DNA of 41,876 nt. It comes from Atractiella rhizophila. Lineage: Eukaryota. The stretch is from assembly GCA_021432655.1 (NCBI GenBank), contig MU271229.1:91903-133778 (forward strand), written 5' to 3'. The notes below the pieces were generated by a model. That model searched no databases. It was not told the DNA's origin and saw only the letters and a list, made by a program, of their open reading frames with translations. Each line of letters opens with the position of its first letter. The first letter of the stretch is position 1. This document shows, piece by piece, positions 10,766 to 24,396 of this stretch. A program made the position numbers and the translations under genes.

Positions 10766-13700
10766 ATGGAGGTCAATCAATTGCTCGCCTACGCAGCCCT
10801 CACCGGCCTCGTTCGTCTAATGCTTCTTACCTCATTACAGTATCTGATCTAGAAGCGGGAAACAGTTGGTACACCAAATCTTCAAACGCTCCGAGCCGTC
10901 GCTCTTCCAGTTCTCGTTCTACGTCGCCTCCCTCTTCGTCATATCTCCCGTCGCTCTCTACACGTTCCACGTGACCCTCTGGTTGTCTCCCCTGCTCCCT
11001 GTCGTTCACCTCCTCACACTCGGCACTTCCATAATCACATATCGACTAGCCCCCTTCCACCCTCTCGCGTCTTTTCCTGGACCGCTCAAGGATAGGATCT
11101 CTAAGATCTTTGGTGCCACAACAACCGCCAGAGGACAGTGGCCTTATTACGTCCATCAGCTTCATCAGCGTTACGGGGACTTTGTACGAGTCGGTGGGTC
11201 ATTCTCTCTCAAGCACCGTCGTGCTTCGACGATGACTTCTTGCTGCAACTTGAACCTCCTTTCTCTTCCAACTGACGGTAGTCCTTTCCTATTCTCTTCT
11301 CTGAAAGCTTCCTCAAAACAAGCTTTTTCGTCGTGTCCCAAAGACGGTAGAACGAGAGTGGGTCTGGAACAACCGAAGTTCCTCCTGTCCGCCGCCTCAT
11401 TTGTCTGTAGTTGCATCTCAGGTCTTGCTTTGTCCAGCTTGGCCCCCTTGACGCGACTGGCATGGGATCGCATGGATTATTGGTCGTTGGTGCGATGTGC
11501 TCTTATCCGACATTATCGCGACGAACTGTTTAATCTTCTGAAGTCACCTCTGAATAATGATGCGTTCATATCTGTAACCCATCTCTGTTCCTCCTAATAT
11601 CCTTCACCGTTCGTTGGTCACCTATCCTGACGCCATGTTGCTTGCAGGACCAAACGAACTCAGCGTCAATAACGTAGACGCGATCACCGCTATCTATGGA
11701 CCAGGTTCGTTTTTTCCTGTCGTCTTTCTTTCACAGACCGCACTGATCAAAGCACAGGCGGATTGGTGAAAGGCCGTACGTATCTCTCCTTCCCCACTTT
11801 GGTTGCGAATATGCCCCAGTATTTACTTGACCTAAAGCCTTCTATGACGCATTCATGCGACCCGAAGGTGCCCAGCCCATGTTCACGATCCGGGGACATG
11901 CAGCGCATCACGCCCGCCGACAGGTGAGTCTCTTCTCCTCTCCCCTCCTCCCATCCAGCAGAGCTGATGCTGACAGTGATAATTGAAGGTGTACAATCGA
12001 GCTTTCCAAAATGAAGCGATGAACGGCTACAAAAGCGCCTTGGTCACTGACGCGGAAGAATGGCTCAAGCGTCTGCGGGAAGTCGGGAGCCAGGGACCGG
12101 TGGACATGCATGCGTGGTTGGGTTATTTTACCTTTGACTTCAGTACGCATTAGCCCATTCCTTCTAATCTGGCACCCTAGGATGTTCCTGACCGCTTAGT
12201 GTAGTGGGAGAGTTGCTCTTTGGTGGTAGCTTCAATATGACGAAGGAGGGAGGCGATCCTATCGGCATGTGGCCCATGTTAGTTCTGACCTCTTGTTTTC
12301 TCCAGAGACATTGCTGACTCTAAACGCTTGCCTCCTGGAAGCCTGAACACAGGTATGGAATCTCTCAATTCCCATCCCATGGAGCGCATGGATGAATGAT
12401 CGTTGTCCAGCGCTCGACATCTTTGCGCTCTTTGGAAACATTCCTTGGCTCACACCCATCCTGGCTCTTTTGCCAGCTAACGATGATAAGAAGCGGTGGC
12501 AGTGCGTGGCTCTTCCTCCCTATCATATAACTGCTAACTATAGACGACCGATAGGCATCATGCTGTAACAAGGATTGCAAGGAGAACGGAGGAGGGTGGT
12601 CAGTCTTTATCTTCCCATCAATTTTACGTGATGGATTCTGACTGGTCTATCACAGCAAAGCATAAGGACATGTTCCATTACCTTGTATGTCGTAGTTGCT
12701 TTGTTTTTTGGCGACTACATTGTTGAATCGTTGCTAGATGGGAGAAGACAGACAGGACTCTGATCCCCCTCTTCACCCGTTTACTGTTCTCGCTGAGGTT
12801 TGCGCTTTCCTCTCCACTTCCTACGCCTGCTGACCCCAAGATGAGGTGGTGAATATGATGATAGCTGGTTCTGAGTGCGTTTGCTTCATTTCTACCATGG
12901 CATCGCGTTCAACGAAAACGCTAGTACGACTTCAGTGGCAATGACTTTCCTTCTGTACTACATTCTCGCCGTTCGTCCCGAATGCTACAAAACCCTCGTT
13001 GGAGAACTCGACTCTGTCTTCCCACCAAGTCAACCTTTTCCCATGGATGACGACAAGCTGTACGATAAACTTGTAGGTTTCTTTTCCCTATTTGTCCCAC
13101 CCATCGGCTGACTCGTGAAATTGGTTGAAGGCTGACTGTCAGTACCTCAATGCCTGCATCAATGAATGTATGCGACTTGCACCTCCCGTCCCAAGAGGAA
13201 TGCAACGCTTCACCGGTCCAAAGGGTCCCTTCTCTTTGTCACACTTTGGAGAGCAGGGTTAATGAAATGATACTAGGCGCCATCATCGTTGGGAAATACA
13301 TCCCTCCCAATACATCCATATCCGTACCCACCTATTCGATTCACAGGGATGAGCGGTGCTTTTCTCCTCGCACCCTGGAGTTTTGTCCCGAAAGGTATAT
13401 TTCTGCTCCCTATTGAATTTGGATGCTAATTCGAATTTGTGGAACTCAGGTGGTATGAAGACGGATGGAAAAACGAGAAACTCGCCTTTTTGCCGTTCCT
13501 CTATGGACCGTACGGATGCGCAGGAAAGAATTTGGCGTATCACCAAGTGAGCCATCCTGCCCCTTAAACTGTCGGAACTGAAATGGACCCGATGAATAGA
13601 TGAGACTGGTCATCGCCAGTTTGATGCACGAGTTCACGCTTGAGCTGTCAGACAGTTGGGATAGGCGCAAGTTCGAGACTTCGTTCCATGAGAATTTTGG

Positions 13701-13812
13701 TGCGTGGCTTCCACCATCATCTCCACCCCAACCTGAGTGGACATGTTCAGGAATACATATCGGTGCAGTCGACGTCAAATTGACGGGAAGGAAGGACGTG
13801 CTATCAGCCTAA
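10766..13812 (+). CDS. Cytochrome P450 monooxygenase (possibly CYP5035/CYP67-like; family not verified), multi-exon
   Basis: HPLASFPGP, YGDFVRV|GPNELS, I-helix AGSDTTS, K-helix YLNACINECMRL (ExxR), FCPER, heme motif FLYGPYGCAG (~13495-13525). ATG at 10766, TAA at 13810-13812. Confidence 0.95.
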
Positions 13813-13910
13813 CCGTTAGAGCGAGCCTACCCATGGTTTTCTATCAAGCAGTTGTCTCTTTTTTGGGTCAGGGTTCAAAGGATCTGGAAGGTCAACCTTC
13901 TAGGATCGTT

Positions 13911-13982
13911 CAGCTTCTTCTTTGATCAGCAGTGTCATTTTCACTCGCAGTTTCTTCTTGATCAGGAGTGTCATTTCACTCG
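13911..13982. repeat. Imperfect tandem duplication (~36 bp x2) downstream of the P450 stop
   Basis: cagcttcttctttgatcagcagtgtcattttcactcg is followed directly by cagtttcttcttgatcaggagtgtcatttcactcg. Confidence 0.85.
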
Positions 13983-14427
13983 ATCATAACAGCCTATGTC
14001 TGTAACAATTAAACGACCGTCTATGAATTTACGTGCAATCCGACGATACATCACATCCAAACTTAGTTCATTAGGGTTTATGTGAGGAACGTTGAGCTCA
14101 GTAACGAGTGGTCTGTGATACTTCCACTGCTGACCACTCCGTTCTGCTCAGCCATGTCAAACACTTTTGACAATATATTGAGGCGCACATTCAACCAAGT
14201 AGGGATGCTTGAGACAGGAAGTTGCATTTCATAATAACGTCGTGATGCATTCGTCGCTGGAGTACAGGATAATACAGGCTCACAGGAAGTGGATTAATCA
14301 TCAAGGCAAGAGTTCAAGGGCTTAAGGGTAACACCAACAGCATCGCTCAGAAATCGTAGTACAGTCATCCAACAAACCAAAGCATCAATCCTCACTTCAA
14401 TTCTGCTCCTCCCCATCAGTCATCCTT

Positions 14428-15813
14428 TCATATGTTAGCGAGCTGATTAACCTGGTTCATGCTCTGGATCGCCCCGTCAGCCCCTCCATGCCCTCCACTC
14501 CCACTCGCCTCTCCCTGGGCCAATAGGTTGGCCTGCATTGTACCCATCGCCTGCAACGACATGGGCACAAAAACAACCTTGCTACTTGCGGTGCGAGCCA
14601 TTTGCTGCAGTGCCTCGAGCTGTCGAATTTGGATGGCAGCGGGACTATTTTAAAACCAAGTTAACACCCTGTGCGGAGGGAGAGCAGAGACGAACCTCGA
14701 AAGAATATCTGCCGCTTCTCTCATCAACTTGGCAGCGTCCACTTCGGCGCGTGCAGCAATGACCTTGGACTCTCCGATACGTTTTTGCTGAGCTGCGGAG
14801 GAGAGGGATTGCTGGAGCTCGGCAGAGAAGATGACATCCTAAGCACACCATTTAGCGTCCTTCCTTCATTCAGAATAACAACATAAAATACGAACCTTGA
14901 TCAAGATGCTCTCGATGCTCACTCCCCACTTCTCCGAAATAGGCTCTACAATCTCCTCGATCTCCATCGCGATCGCCTCCCTTTCCGTCACAACACTTTG
15001 GAGCACTCTCGAGCCGACCACGTGCCTCAGGGTAGTCTGAGCCCTCTCGATGAGCGCGAGGCGCACATCAGCGATTCCGAAGGCAGCCTTGTACGGGTTG
15101 ATGATGTGGTAATAGATGACAGAGTCGACCTCGAGGTTCACGTTGTCGCGCGTCATGACCTATGTACGCTGTTGGTCTGCAGCCAGAAGGAAATGAGGTA
15201 GCAGGGCTCACGGTCTGTCGTGGGATGTTTGCGATTTGGATCTTGACATCCACAACCTTCATCGACTCGGAGAATGGGTTGATCTTGACCAGACCAGGGT
15301 CTGCAGCCTTGTAGAATTGCCTGCATTCCAATTGGCTCCCCTGATCGACTCAGAATGAGACGGAAGGACGAACCCAAAGCGCGTGACAAGTCCGACGCTT
15401 CCCTGCCTCACTTCCTTGTACCTAGTATTCCACACGCGTTAGAATTGAACAAAAAGGCGGGATAACGCGTACGGGTTGGGACAACAAAAGCAGCATGGGA
15501 CAGAACCGAGGGTTCCTGCGATAGCGCCGAGACAATTGATCATGGTGCCATCTGCAGGACATCATCACCTCCCATCCAAAGAAGCGCAACAAGGAGACGT
15601 CGTAGACTCACAGCAACCATGCTCGACCTCCGCCAACCCCAAATCTTGCGCATAAGAAGGTTGCATCTCGCTCCTCTTCAACGGTTCGACAGTGATCAAC
15701 CCCTCTCGAGGCTGAGCATGAGCAGGCCGCTCCCTTCTGGAGACGAGCGTGCTAGGTTCATCTTCATCCGTTACATAACGGTCGAGGGCAGGCTTTCCGT
15801 TTGCAGTCGACAT
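14428..15813 (-). CDS. Stomatin / SPFH (band 7) family protein, multi-exon
   Basis: PCCFCCPNPYKEVRQGSVGLVTRFG, MTRDNVNLEVDSVIYY, ERAQTTLRHVVGSR, LSSAAQQKRIGESKVIAARAEVDAAKLMR, AAIQIRQLEALQQMA. TGA at 14428-14430. Confidence 0.95.
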
Positions 15814-17213
15814 TATGATTGCGTTTGGTAAGGAGAGAGCGTTGGAGGGTAGTTGGAACTCGGGAAGTAGTTATATTATGAACCGGCTGGAGGTGAAATA
15901 ACAGTCAGCGGCGGCCTCTTTTTATGGAAGCGAGTGGGGTCAAAGTCACCTTTGTGGGGCTGTGCTCGTGTTCACTGAGAGAGAGTTCGCACGAGAAAAA
16001 CCACGTCAACTTGTGGTGGCGGTTGAGGCAAGCCAAAGCGAGGACCCTCCAGGACTCGTCCGTTTTTACAGCGGAATGTAATGGCGGTCGGGAAAGGTCA
16101 ATCCACTCCTTCTCTTCTTTCTTGCTACTTTACTCTCCTTCAGGTTGATCAACTCCTTCAGGAAGCTGGCAGGGATTGGGGCAGGATTAATTAGCTATAC
16201 TTAGGAGTAACAAATTCAGCATGGAAGTGGTCGGAGTGGTTCGACAGAAGCCGTTGGGAGGTCAGTAGAAACTGAAATGAACGAGGTTTGTCGATTGCTA
16301 ATTAGCTATTCAACGATCTGCCTCATGAGCACCTTTCCCGGGTTGATATGAACGAGATTGAGCGGGGTACGACTCTGAAGGTCTGCACTGGAGACGAACG
16401 TCTACCGCATTGCTCAATAGCGATAAACGCGCATCTGTATTTATGTCTACCGTACTCCAGGTCCTGCGCGTATGTCGCTCATTGCTGCTCCTGTAGAAGT
16501 TGTTTTGGATGTGATGCAGTACATTTCTGATTGGCGAATGTCTCACTGCTTTCAACTCGATAGTTTCTTCGGTTCAAGTGCAATTTGTTCCTAGATCTCC
16601 CAACCAGTCTGCGTGAGAGGGCTTTTCAGGCTTGGGAAATGGTCTTTCCTTGCGGTTAACATTGCCACATCAATCTCGAGAAGTAAAAGCAAGGGCCTGA
16701 AAATCAGTCATCTGTTGCACTTTATCCTGAAGCTGTATTTCTGTTGGTCACTTGAACTTCCCACTTTTATCGAGCCGTGAGCCGTCCCTTCAAATGACTT
16801 GTACTAGCGCCGCTATGCTCCAAATTATTAATCATTCATGTAAATTAATATCAAACATCACTTCCTGTTCTTAGTTAAGGCCAATATTGTCTGAATGTTA
16901 CCCTTGTCTGCAAGATTGGGGGACTTCCTATCGTCGTTGTGAGACGATATTACTGCTATGTCTCCTATACACAACGGACCAAACACTTAACAATACAACG
17001 GGTGGATGCGTTGTGCGAGGTAAAGACCTGGCCGTCTGGTCACTATATCTGCCGTGATTTCACCGCAATCTTCCTTTGCAAGCTACCCCACTTCCTGGTT
17101 CGCAGATGATGATGATGGGATGAGATCTTCTTCCCCACGCGCAAATTCAAATTCCAGGCGACATATTATCCTTTCGCCTGACCTTGACCTCCCATAGGGC
17201 TCGAATAAGAAAG

Positions 17214-18614
17214 ATGCCTCAAGAATTCAAAGTGCTGACGCCACAGCAAAGGGCACAATGGATGGAACGCGGATGGGTGAAGATTGAAAGCGCTGTGCCG
17301 AAAGAGCACATTGAACGGTGGACGAAGGATGTGTGGATTCGTCTCAACATGGATCCTAATGACAAGTCTACCTGGACTCAAGAGAAGGTTGGTTTGCGCT
17401 CTTCCCTGCCAATGGTGCCATGAACGTAATGAATAAAGAACAGATCCATTTACCTGCTCATAAACAAATGCCAATGAAACAATTCGCTCCGAAGGCTTGG
17501 GCAGCTGCTTGTACGCTGAGCTCTCGTCACCTTCTTTGCTCACTGACAACGATACAGGTGAGCTATGTGGCGGGGAGGATAAGATTGACCAGAGTCTCTT
17601 TTCCATGGTCACCGACTCTCTTATCTGCAATCTTGGAGATCCAACTGATAATGACGTACGCAGTCTCTTCTGACTGTCCTTTATTGATATATTGCACCTT
17701 CAGGAAGAAGTGCATCCGAGAAACACCAGGAACTGGCATATAGATGGCGATTGGTACGCCGCATACTTGTCCTATTCTCGCAGATGATCAACATTGCGTA
17801 CAGGTTTACACATCACCTTGATTCAGGAGACGGAGCGATGACGGTTATCGTTTTCTACAACGACGTCGTTCCACGAGGAGGTGGGACATGGGTATCTCCC
17901 GAAGCAATGAAGCATGTCGTTAAATGGCTATATGACCACCCAGAAGGTACGTTTGTCTTTAATTCCCTGCTCAGAATTAACACTGCCTAGGAAGCGACGG
18001 ATGGCCCGAAGATGAACTTGGGAGTCGTTCGGTTTGCAATATTGGAGCTGTTACTGACTTTGAAGAGGTCTGTATCTTTTCGCAATATCCAAGTGAAATA
18101 TTAATCCCAAGGACAGATGCACGGAAAAGCAGGAGATTGCATCCTCTTCCATCCATTCATGCCACACTCAGCATCCAAAAACTACTTACGAATTCCAAGA
18201 TTCATTACCAATCCTCCCATCGTCCTGAAGGAACCTTTTAATCTGAACCGAGAGAATTGGGATGATTACGTTCGTTCTGTCGCCTTCTTCTAACGATTAC
18301 TCTGGTTGACAATTACATCTACTTCGACAGTCATTGCTGGAGCAGAAAATTCTGAAGGATCTTGGCAGGACGTCATTACCAGAATGGAAACGAACAACGC
18401 CACGGAAGAGGTTCATTCCCCATACCAGAGCGGGAAAGGACGCAAGGTTGAAGGAAGAATTGCAAAGATTAGAGGCACACGCTTTGAAAACGGGTGGAGA
18501 GCTCGATAGCATGCACAAAGGTACAAGTTCCTTCTCAGCATCCCTCAATCGCTCATTGGGGCTGCAGATGGCATTGTACCTTATCTGGTGGTAACACCTC
18601 GCGTGGTTGCGTGA
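17214..18614 (+). CDS. Phytanoyl-CoA dioxygenase (PhyH)-like Fe(II)/2-oxoglutarate oxygenase, multi-exon
   Basis: N-terminal WMERGWVKIESAV, HxD motif WHIDGDWFTHHLDS, GGGTWV, and GKAGDCILFHPFMPHSASKN (distal His). Last exon ends at TGA 18612-18614. Confidence 0.85.
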
Positions 18615-18789
18615 TCCCAGTCAAAGACACAGCTTCAGTAACCCATGGAAAGAAGTATGGCAGCTGTATAACCGACATCATCATTAGAGATCCTTCATAG
18701 CCTAACCGGAATGCAGTGGCAAAGTACAAAATGTGGATGTAACTGTGCGCCGTGATCATCAACGTCATATCCCACGTTCAACCAAGAGA

Positions 18790-21436
18790 TCAAAGTGGTT
18801 TCTCCGTAAACAGTTCAGGATGGCGAGAGATCCACAACCTAATATGCTTGCCGAAAACCCAGAGTGGGAGTGCGAACAAGAGGCAAAGCGTGAATACACC
18901 TGAGAAAGAGCTGAGCCTCGTTTAAATGAGTCGGCAAAGGGGCATACCAGCCAAGAAGCCAAAGATCTTCTTCAAACCCCAATCAATAACCCAGTTCGCT
19001 CTGTTTCACATACTCAGAAGGTGAAGTGAGGCTAATGGGAAACAGCTTACACGAATTGAGTGAAGCCATAAATAATCATGTTCTGTTCACACATTAGCAA
19101 GGACATACAGAGGTTCAGGACAGACCCACCTTGACGAAATTGATGATCGTAAATGCCTCTGGAGCCATCTTTCGATGAACATCGATGATATACGAGACAA
19201 TCGCAGTCGACGCAAGGCCATTTCCGAAGTAGATAATGGAGTACATGAATTCTGGTCCAACCCACGAATCAACCTTTCCGATCATTCCATACCATCCCAA
19301 GAATCCAGCAAGGCAGATAAGCGTTGCAGGGAGGATGAGGATCAATCCTGTAGCAAGTTTCAGCACATGTTTAGTGACGAGTGTTCCGAAACTTGCGAAA
19401 TTCAGGCTCGAACACGCCGTTGTTTTTCCTTGCGAGCCACTTCGAAGCTTCATCCAGGAGATATCCCGTCACAAACGCGCCGAGAATAGAGGCAATGAAA
19501 GGACCTGACGAGCGATCAGGGAAACATCGAAAAATCCAAGGTGAACTAGACAGACCGATTGACATGTATCCAACGCCTTCAGCAGAGAAATTCAGCGGCG
19601 GGCCTCCGAAAATGATTGAGCTGGCGACACTCTTTTCTACAGTTGAGCCGGTAGCAGGATGATGGAAAAAAGGGAACGCACAAGCGCTACAATCCAGGCT
19701 GTCGTCATTCCATATACAAAAAAACCGCAAATAACCTGAATACCAGTTAAGCGAGCTAAGTTTGTACAAAACGCGTAAGCAAATCAGCTGAAATGCGTAC
19801 GACAGGGCTCAAAGCCACGGGGAAAGGCCTGAAGAACATTTGCCAGAATGGAGTGTCTTTGTAATATCCACTCCATGGCCGCAACTCTTCCCAAAACGTT
19901 TTCGCAGGGAGATAGGTTCTTGTTGAAGTTTCAGCTCGTTCGATCTGCCCGATTTCTTTCTCATTCTTCTCGTCCGCTTGGGAAGGAGTTGTTGAACGAT
20001 CTACAGGCGCTTATTAACCGACAGGTTTGGTATTTCAGACGTCGTGACCCACCAGCTGGGTGAGCATGAGCAATCGTCCTGTCTAATGCTGCAGCATCGG
20101 CACCAGAATCTGTCTCGTATTTCTCTTCCCGATCGTATACCGTTTCAGGCATGAACAGGATCACCATGATTGCGGCAACGCCGTAGAAGATTGCAATTAG
20201 CCAGAAACACTGTCACCATGTTTTAGTTCAGAGATTAAACAGGTTTAGAGAGTATTTCGTACCCATTTCCAGCCAAGATCGGAGGTGATAACCTGGGATC
20301 GAAAGTTAGAGTTAGTGGTGAAAGTTCAGTGAGAATCACCTTTCCGTTAATGATTGGTGCGAGCGAAATCCCGCCTAACACAGGACGATTGAACGACTTT
20401 CACAGCGCAAACACCGACCTTACCGATAATAGCGAATCCCCAAATCGTTATACGCAGACCACTGAGCTGCAATTAGCGAACGATATGACAGTGGAAGAAA
20501 ATCGGACCGCTGATGAACAAAATAAAGGTCACCGATTGTGGCGGTTGCCAAAGCTTCGTACGGAGCCATACCGCATCCCTGCAGAGCTGCAGAAAGGTTG
20601 GAAAGTGAAGCGAAGAGCCCATAGAGTTAGACTCACCTCTGGAAACAGTGAAGGACGTATTGTTCTTCGCGACGCCAGACCAGATGGAGAAGAAAAAAAG
20701 CATCAAGGCACCCAAAATAAATACTGGGCGCCTTCCAAATTTGACAGCTTCAAATTGGAATTGAGTTCTGAGATGTCGACGAGAGAGCAGGAGAACTGAC
20801 CAATGGAGCTCTGGAAGAACATGGCGACTCCTAATCCTATGAGTGTCCATCCATTGGACGAAGCTACAGCGTTGACTGATGTGCCGAGCTCCAAGGCAAT
20901 GTCGGCGTAGCCGTTCGAGATCAGGGCTGAAGTACAATGTGTCAGCGAAAAATCGTAAGGTAAAATCAGTGAAGCTGACGTCCAATCGCTCCAACAAGAC
21001 CAGCTTCCTGTAAACAAATAAGTTGATGGGACATCAATAAAGAAGCAAGTCTTACGAAGCATAGAGTCCAGAAACAGAGCTCGCGCTTGAGAATTGGCCA
21101 ATTGAGAGGACTGTTGTGAACGTTAAATATCATGATACATAGAGAATGAAACATACTCTCGGGGGCTATCACAACGCGTTAACGTGGAAATTCCATAATT
21201 TATTAGGAGATAGACTCACTCGTCACTAGGTTGAGGAACAAGCACCGTCCTCCCATCCCTATCTTTCTTCAGGTGAGATGTATCAGCGCCATCGTACTGG
21301 GTCTTCTCCTTCGCGACCTCGTCGAGCAAAGCAGTTCCTAACAGTCCAATGCAATCTCATTAACCAGATAGACAGAGAGCTTGGGAAGCCCACCTGGTAC
21401 ATTCTCAGCTTTGGGCTGCAAGATTCCCCAGATCAT
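18790..21436 (-). CDS. MFS transporter (HOL1-like/DHA1 type), multi-exon
   Basis: MIWGILQPKAENVPGT, VLVPQPSDDPRDPLNWP, motif A KFGRRPVF, FMPETVYDR, NNGVFEPEFR, many hydrophobic segments. TGA at 18790-18792. Confidence 0.92.
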
Positions 21437-22671
21437 CGCGAAGGCAGTTATTGTTCCTAAGCTGCTAGGGTACAACCAGCAGAAGTGGTGCTCTTATATC
21501 ATTGCTCATAGAGTGCTCCCTCTCATCAACAACAAGGCGGTAAAATCGTTTGGACGGTGACAAAAATAGCGGGGACCCCGCAAGTGGAAGAAGCAGTAAC
21601 ACGAACACGGTTGAACGATTTTGAAGCCACGTGGTAACATTGGTCATGCCAAAATCTAGGCCAGGATACATGTAATCAAGACAGTGATGTTTTGGAAGAA
21701 ATGTTGCGGTGGAGGAAAAGTCTACCTTTGGCAGTCTAGCTGAACTTTCCTCTTCAGATTGATATTGCCAGCGACTAGGCAGGTTTCAAACGCTACCTAC
21801 GTGGAAGCAACCTCGCCAGGGTAATTCGATATGGCCTCATCAGTTCCTTCTACACCAGCATGTATAGGTTCAAACGTTAAAAAGCAACGTTATGCAGAAA
21901 GTTCGAAGCAAAAAGCAAAGATGGCCGCTGGCGCTTTGACCTCACGTCGTCATCTACATCTCTATGATCTGAACATTCCATATTTTATTATTAGTTTTCC
22001 CACTCAGGCTCCTCATGACTGCAACATACCTATGGTCATCATCTGTTCCAGAAACGTCACGAGGGCAGGTTTGCGCTGTATGAGCAATTGTGAAACTGTC
22101 CCAGCCAACAGATTCGGGGTTCTTATATTGAGTGTGATATGTTTGTGAAGAGGTAACCTTTAGGAAAGTGTTTCCACAGAAATGAGAAACGAGAGAGTGT
22201 GTTTCTCCACTTACTGTCTCACCATTAGTTTAGCGATTTCGCAATATTGAAAATTCATCTTGACCGCAACAGATAGCGTCCTTGAAGCTGGAAACAATGT
22301 ATTTAATGACGCTGAGCCTCCAATCCCAGCGGTAGTACCCTAAGCTGAGGTCCGCAACATGAGAACTAGCATTGCTCGAGGTTAGATCATGTACTTCATC
22401 ACTCGAACTTTGTATAGATCACGGGAAAGCAATTTCTAGAAGCAACCCTCGCGAAGACTTTTCTGGGCATCCTCTAAGCGTCGATCACATGGCGAATTCG
22501 ATAGCAAAGGAGCACCTTCCTACCAAAGGAGTTCTTGATTCTCCATCTGTCGCGAGAGAAGTTTGAAGTTTCAGAATCTGGTGCGTTGCAACATTTGTTT
22601 GGATAATTAGCCAGTCATCGTTCTGATAATAGAGGTAGCCAAATTACGGGCCCGGCTGGAGTCCAGTAAAA

Positions 22672-24006
22672 TCAAACTGATTTCCCAAAACTCTCAAACC
22701 CATCCTTAAATACGCTCAGGGCAATCATGAGCGCTTCCTATCCTTTGATTCAGCATTTCTGACGTCGTGAGTTAATAGGGAAAGGGCCCACCTCAGTTCT
22801 GACAGTCCGACTCCCCTGTCCCTCTACGACATTGACCCAAAAGTCAAACAGGTTGTCAGCCTTGTCAGCCTTCATCCCCAACTTTCCGTCCTTCTCGATC
22901 ACTACCTCTAGCCCGGAAACTGGGCCAAAAGTCATCAACGCATGTCTACACTCTCATCTCAATGCCTTCGACTGAAAGGAGGGAGCGGGACACAGACTTG
23001 AATCTTGGGAGGTCATTGATAACGGACGAAGAAGCACGGCCGCGCTCGGACGTGCCGATGAGGAGATCGTATCCTTCACGCTCAGCCTTGCTAGAGGATG
23101 TTGACTCCTTTTTCCCTTTTTTGGAGCGGTAGGGACAGCCAGAAAAGACCGCGCTGAGAGAAGGAGCATATCGGACGGTATATCCCCAATAAACTGCTGG
23201 AGTAGTGGGCGAGCAAAGCGACACTGTCATACAACATCAGTAACCCAAGCTACAGAATAAGTAGAGATGCACATTTGCCATCCTTCCGTTGCACGGTAAC
23301 GCGAGTATTTGTAGGTGGGAGCTTCCCCTTCTTCGCAGTCACAAGGACCGGTTCGTCGAGTCCCACTTCTACCATGACACTCTCTTCGTCTCCATCTTCA
23401 CCTCTTTTCCTTTTCTTGCTCTCTTCGCCCTGTCCCACGACCACTCCTTCCCGGAAACCCCCATTCGCTTCCCATGTGTCTTCCTTCCTCAAATGATGGG
23501 GACAGTCCAGTGGAGGGAGAAGACCAGCCAGCTTAAGCGCAGGCTGAAGAGGAAAGAGGGCTTTTCGAAGGTATTGGGGTGTCTCTAGGTATTCGAGGAG
23601 CAGAGAGAGGAAAGCATGGGGATCCTCCTTCGTGTTCCCCGTCGGGTAGGGAGATAATAGGTCGTTGTATATCACAATTTCAGAAACACTGAAGATTGCG
23701 CATGTCCTCGCTATCTTTCCGCACAGTCAGTCTTCTTCTACTTATGAGAAAGGCAAAGAGAACAGAAAGAGGCAAAACGCACCTGACCAGCGAGATACGT
23801 TTTCAGCTCAAAATTCTGCGCATTATAGATTATCGAGCCAGGGATCGCGACGGATACGGTCCAATCTTTCTTTATGTTGCTGAGAGCTGCCTTATAAGAA
23901 GGTTTGTGAGGGTTGTGAACTTGCTCGAATGTCGACTGTCGCGATTTGGCATCAGCAAAGGGCAGACAACGGCAGTGACACATACTTTTAATGTTTTGGA
24001 GCTCAT
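22672..24006 (-). CDS. SPOUT-family RNA methyltransferase (SPOUT1/C9orf114/DUF171-like), multi-exon
   Basis: WTVSVAIPGSII, LKTYLAGQ, EYLETPQYLRKALFP, LPPLDCPHH, FREGVV, YWGYTVR, IGTSERG, GQGSRTVRTEEALMIAL. Start 24006 is tentative (an extra upstream exon is possible). TGA at 22672-22674. Confidence 0.92.
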
Positions 24007-24396
24007 TCGTTAATTTGTGAGGCTGGGGGTATTAAAACCTTTGATCAACGTTGTAGCCCTGAACCTGGCTATAATGAAGAATATACCCTTTGACCACTTC
24101 CGTATCTGGTATGTTTCGTGTGGCTGCCAAAATCTCCATTCTAGGCAACACGTGATCCAGCCGGTTCCGATATCTCGAAAAAAACGACGAAACCAGCTTT
24201 TTAGCTTTCTTGAGCTTTTGTTCTTTCTTTAGGGAAGGAGAGGGAAGAAGAAGCAGAGAGTGGAGAGTTAGAGCTGAGCAGAAAGCGAGTTGAGGTGTGT
24301 GAATCGCAATTCGGGCTTGAGAACTTGAGATCGATGGAAGGACGTGGGTAGAAAGCGTAGCGTAGCATTTGAGATCGAGCTGAGAGAGAAGAAAAG

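Noticed and set aside
14069..14080. Isolated TTAGGG-like words here and at ~40493
   Set aside because: Single hexamers are expected by chance; there is no array or telomerase-template context.
16222..16280. tRNA-like words (TGGTCGGAGTGGTTCGA)
   Set aside because: A-box and T-loop-like motifs overlap and no cloverleaf can be built.
16300..16600. Possible small spliced gene or F-box-like fragment (FNDLPHE, VVLDVMQYI)
   Set aside because: Could not build a consistent exon chain or a convincing motif.
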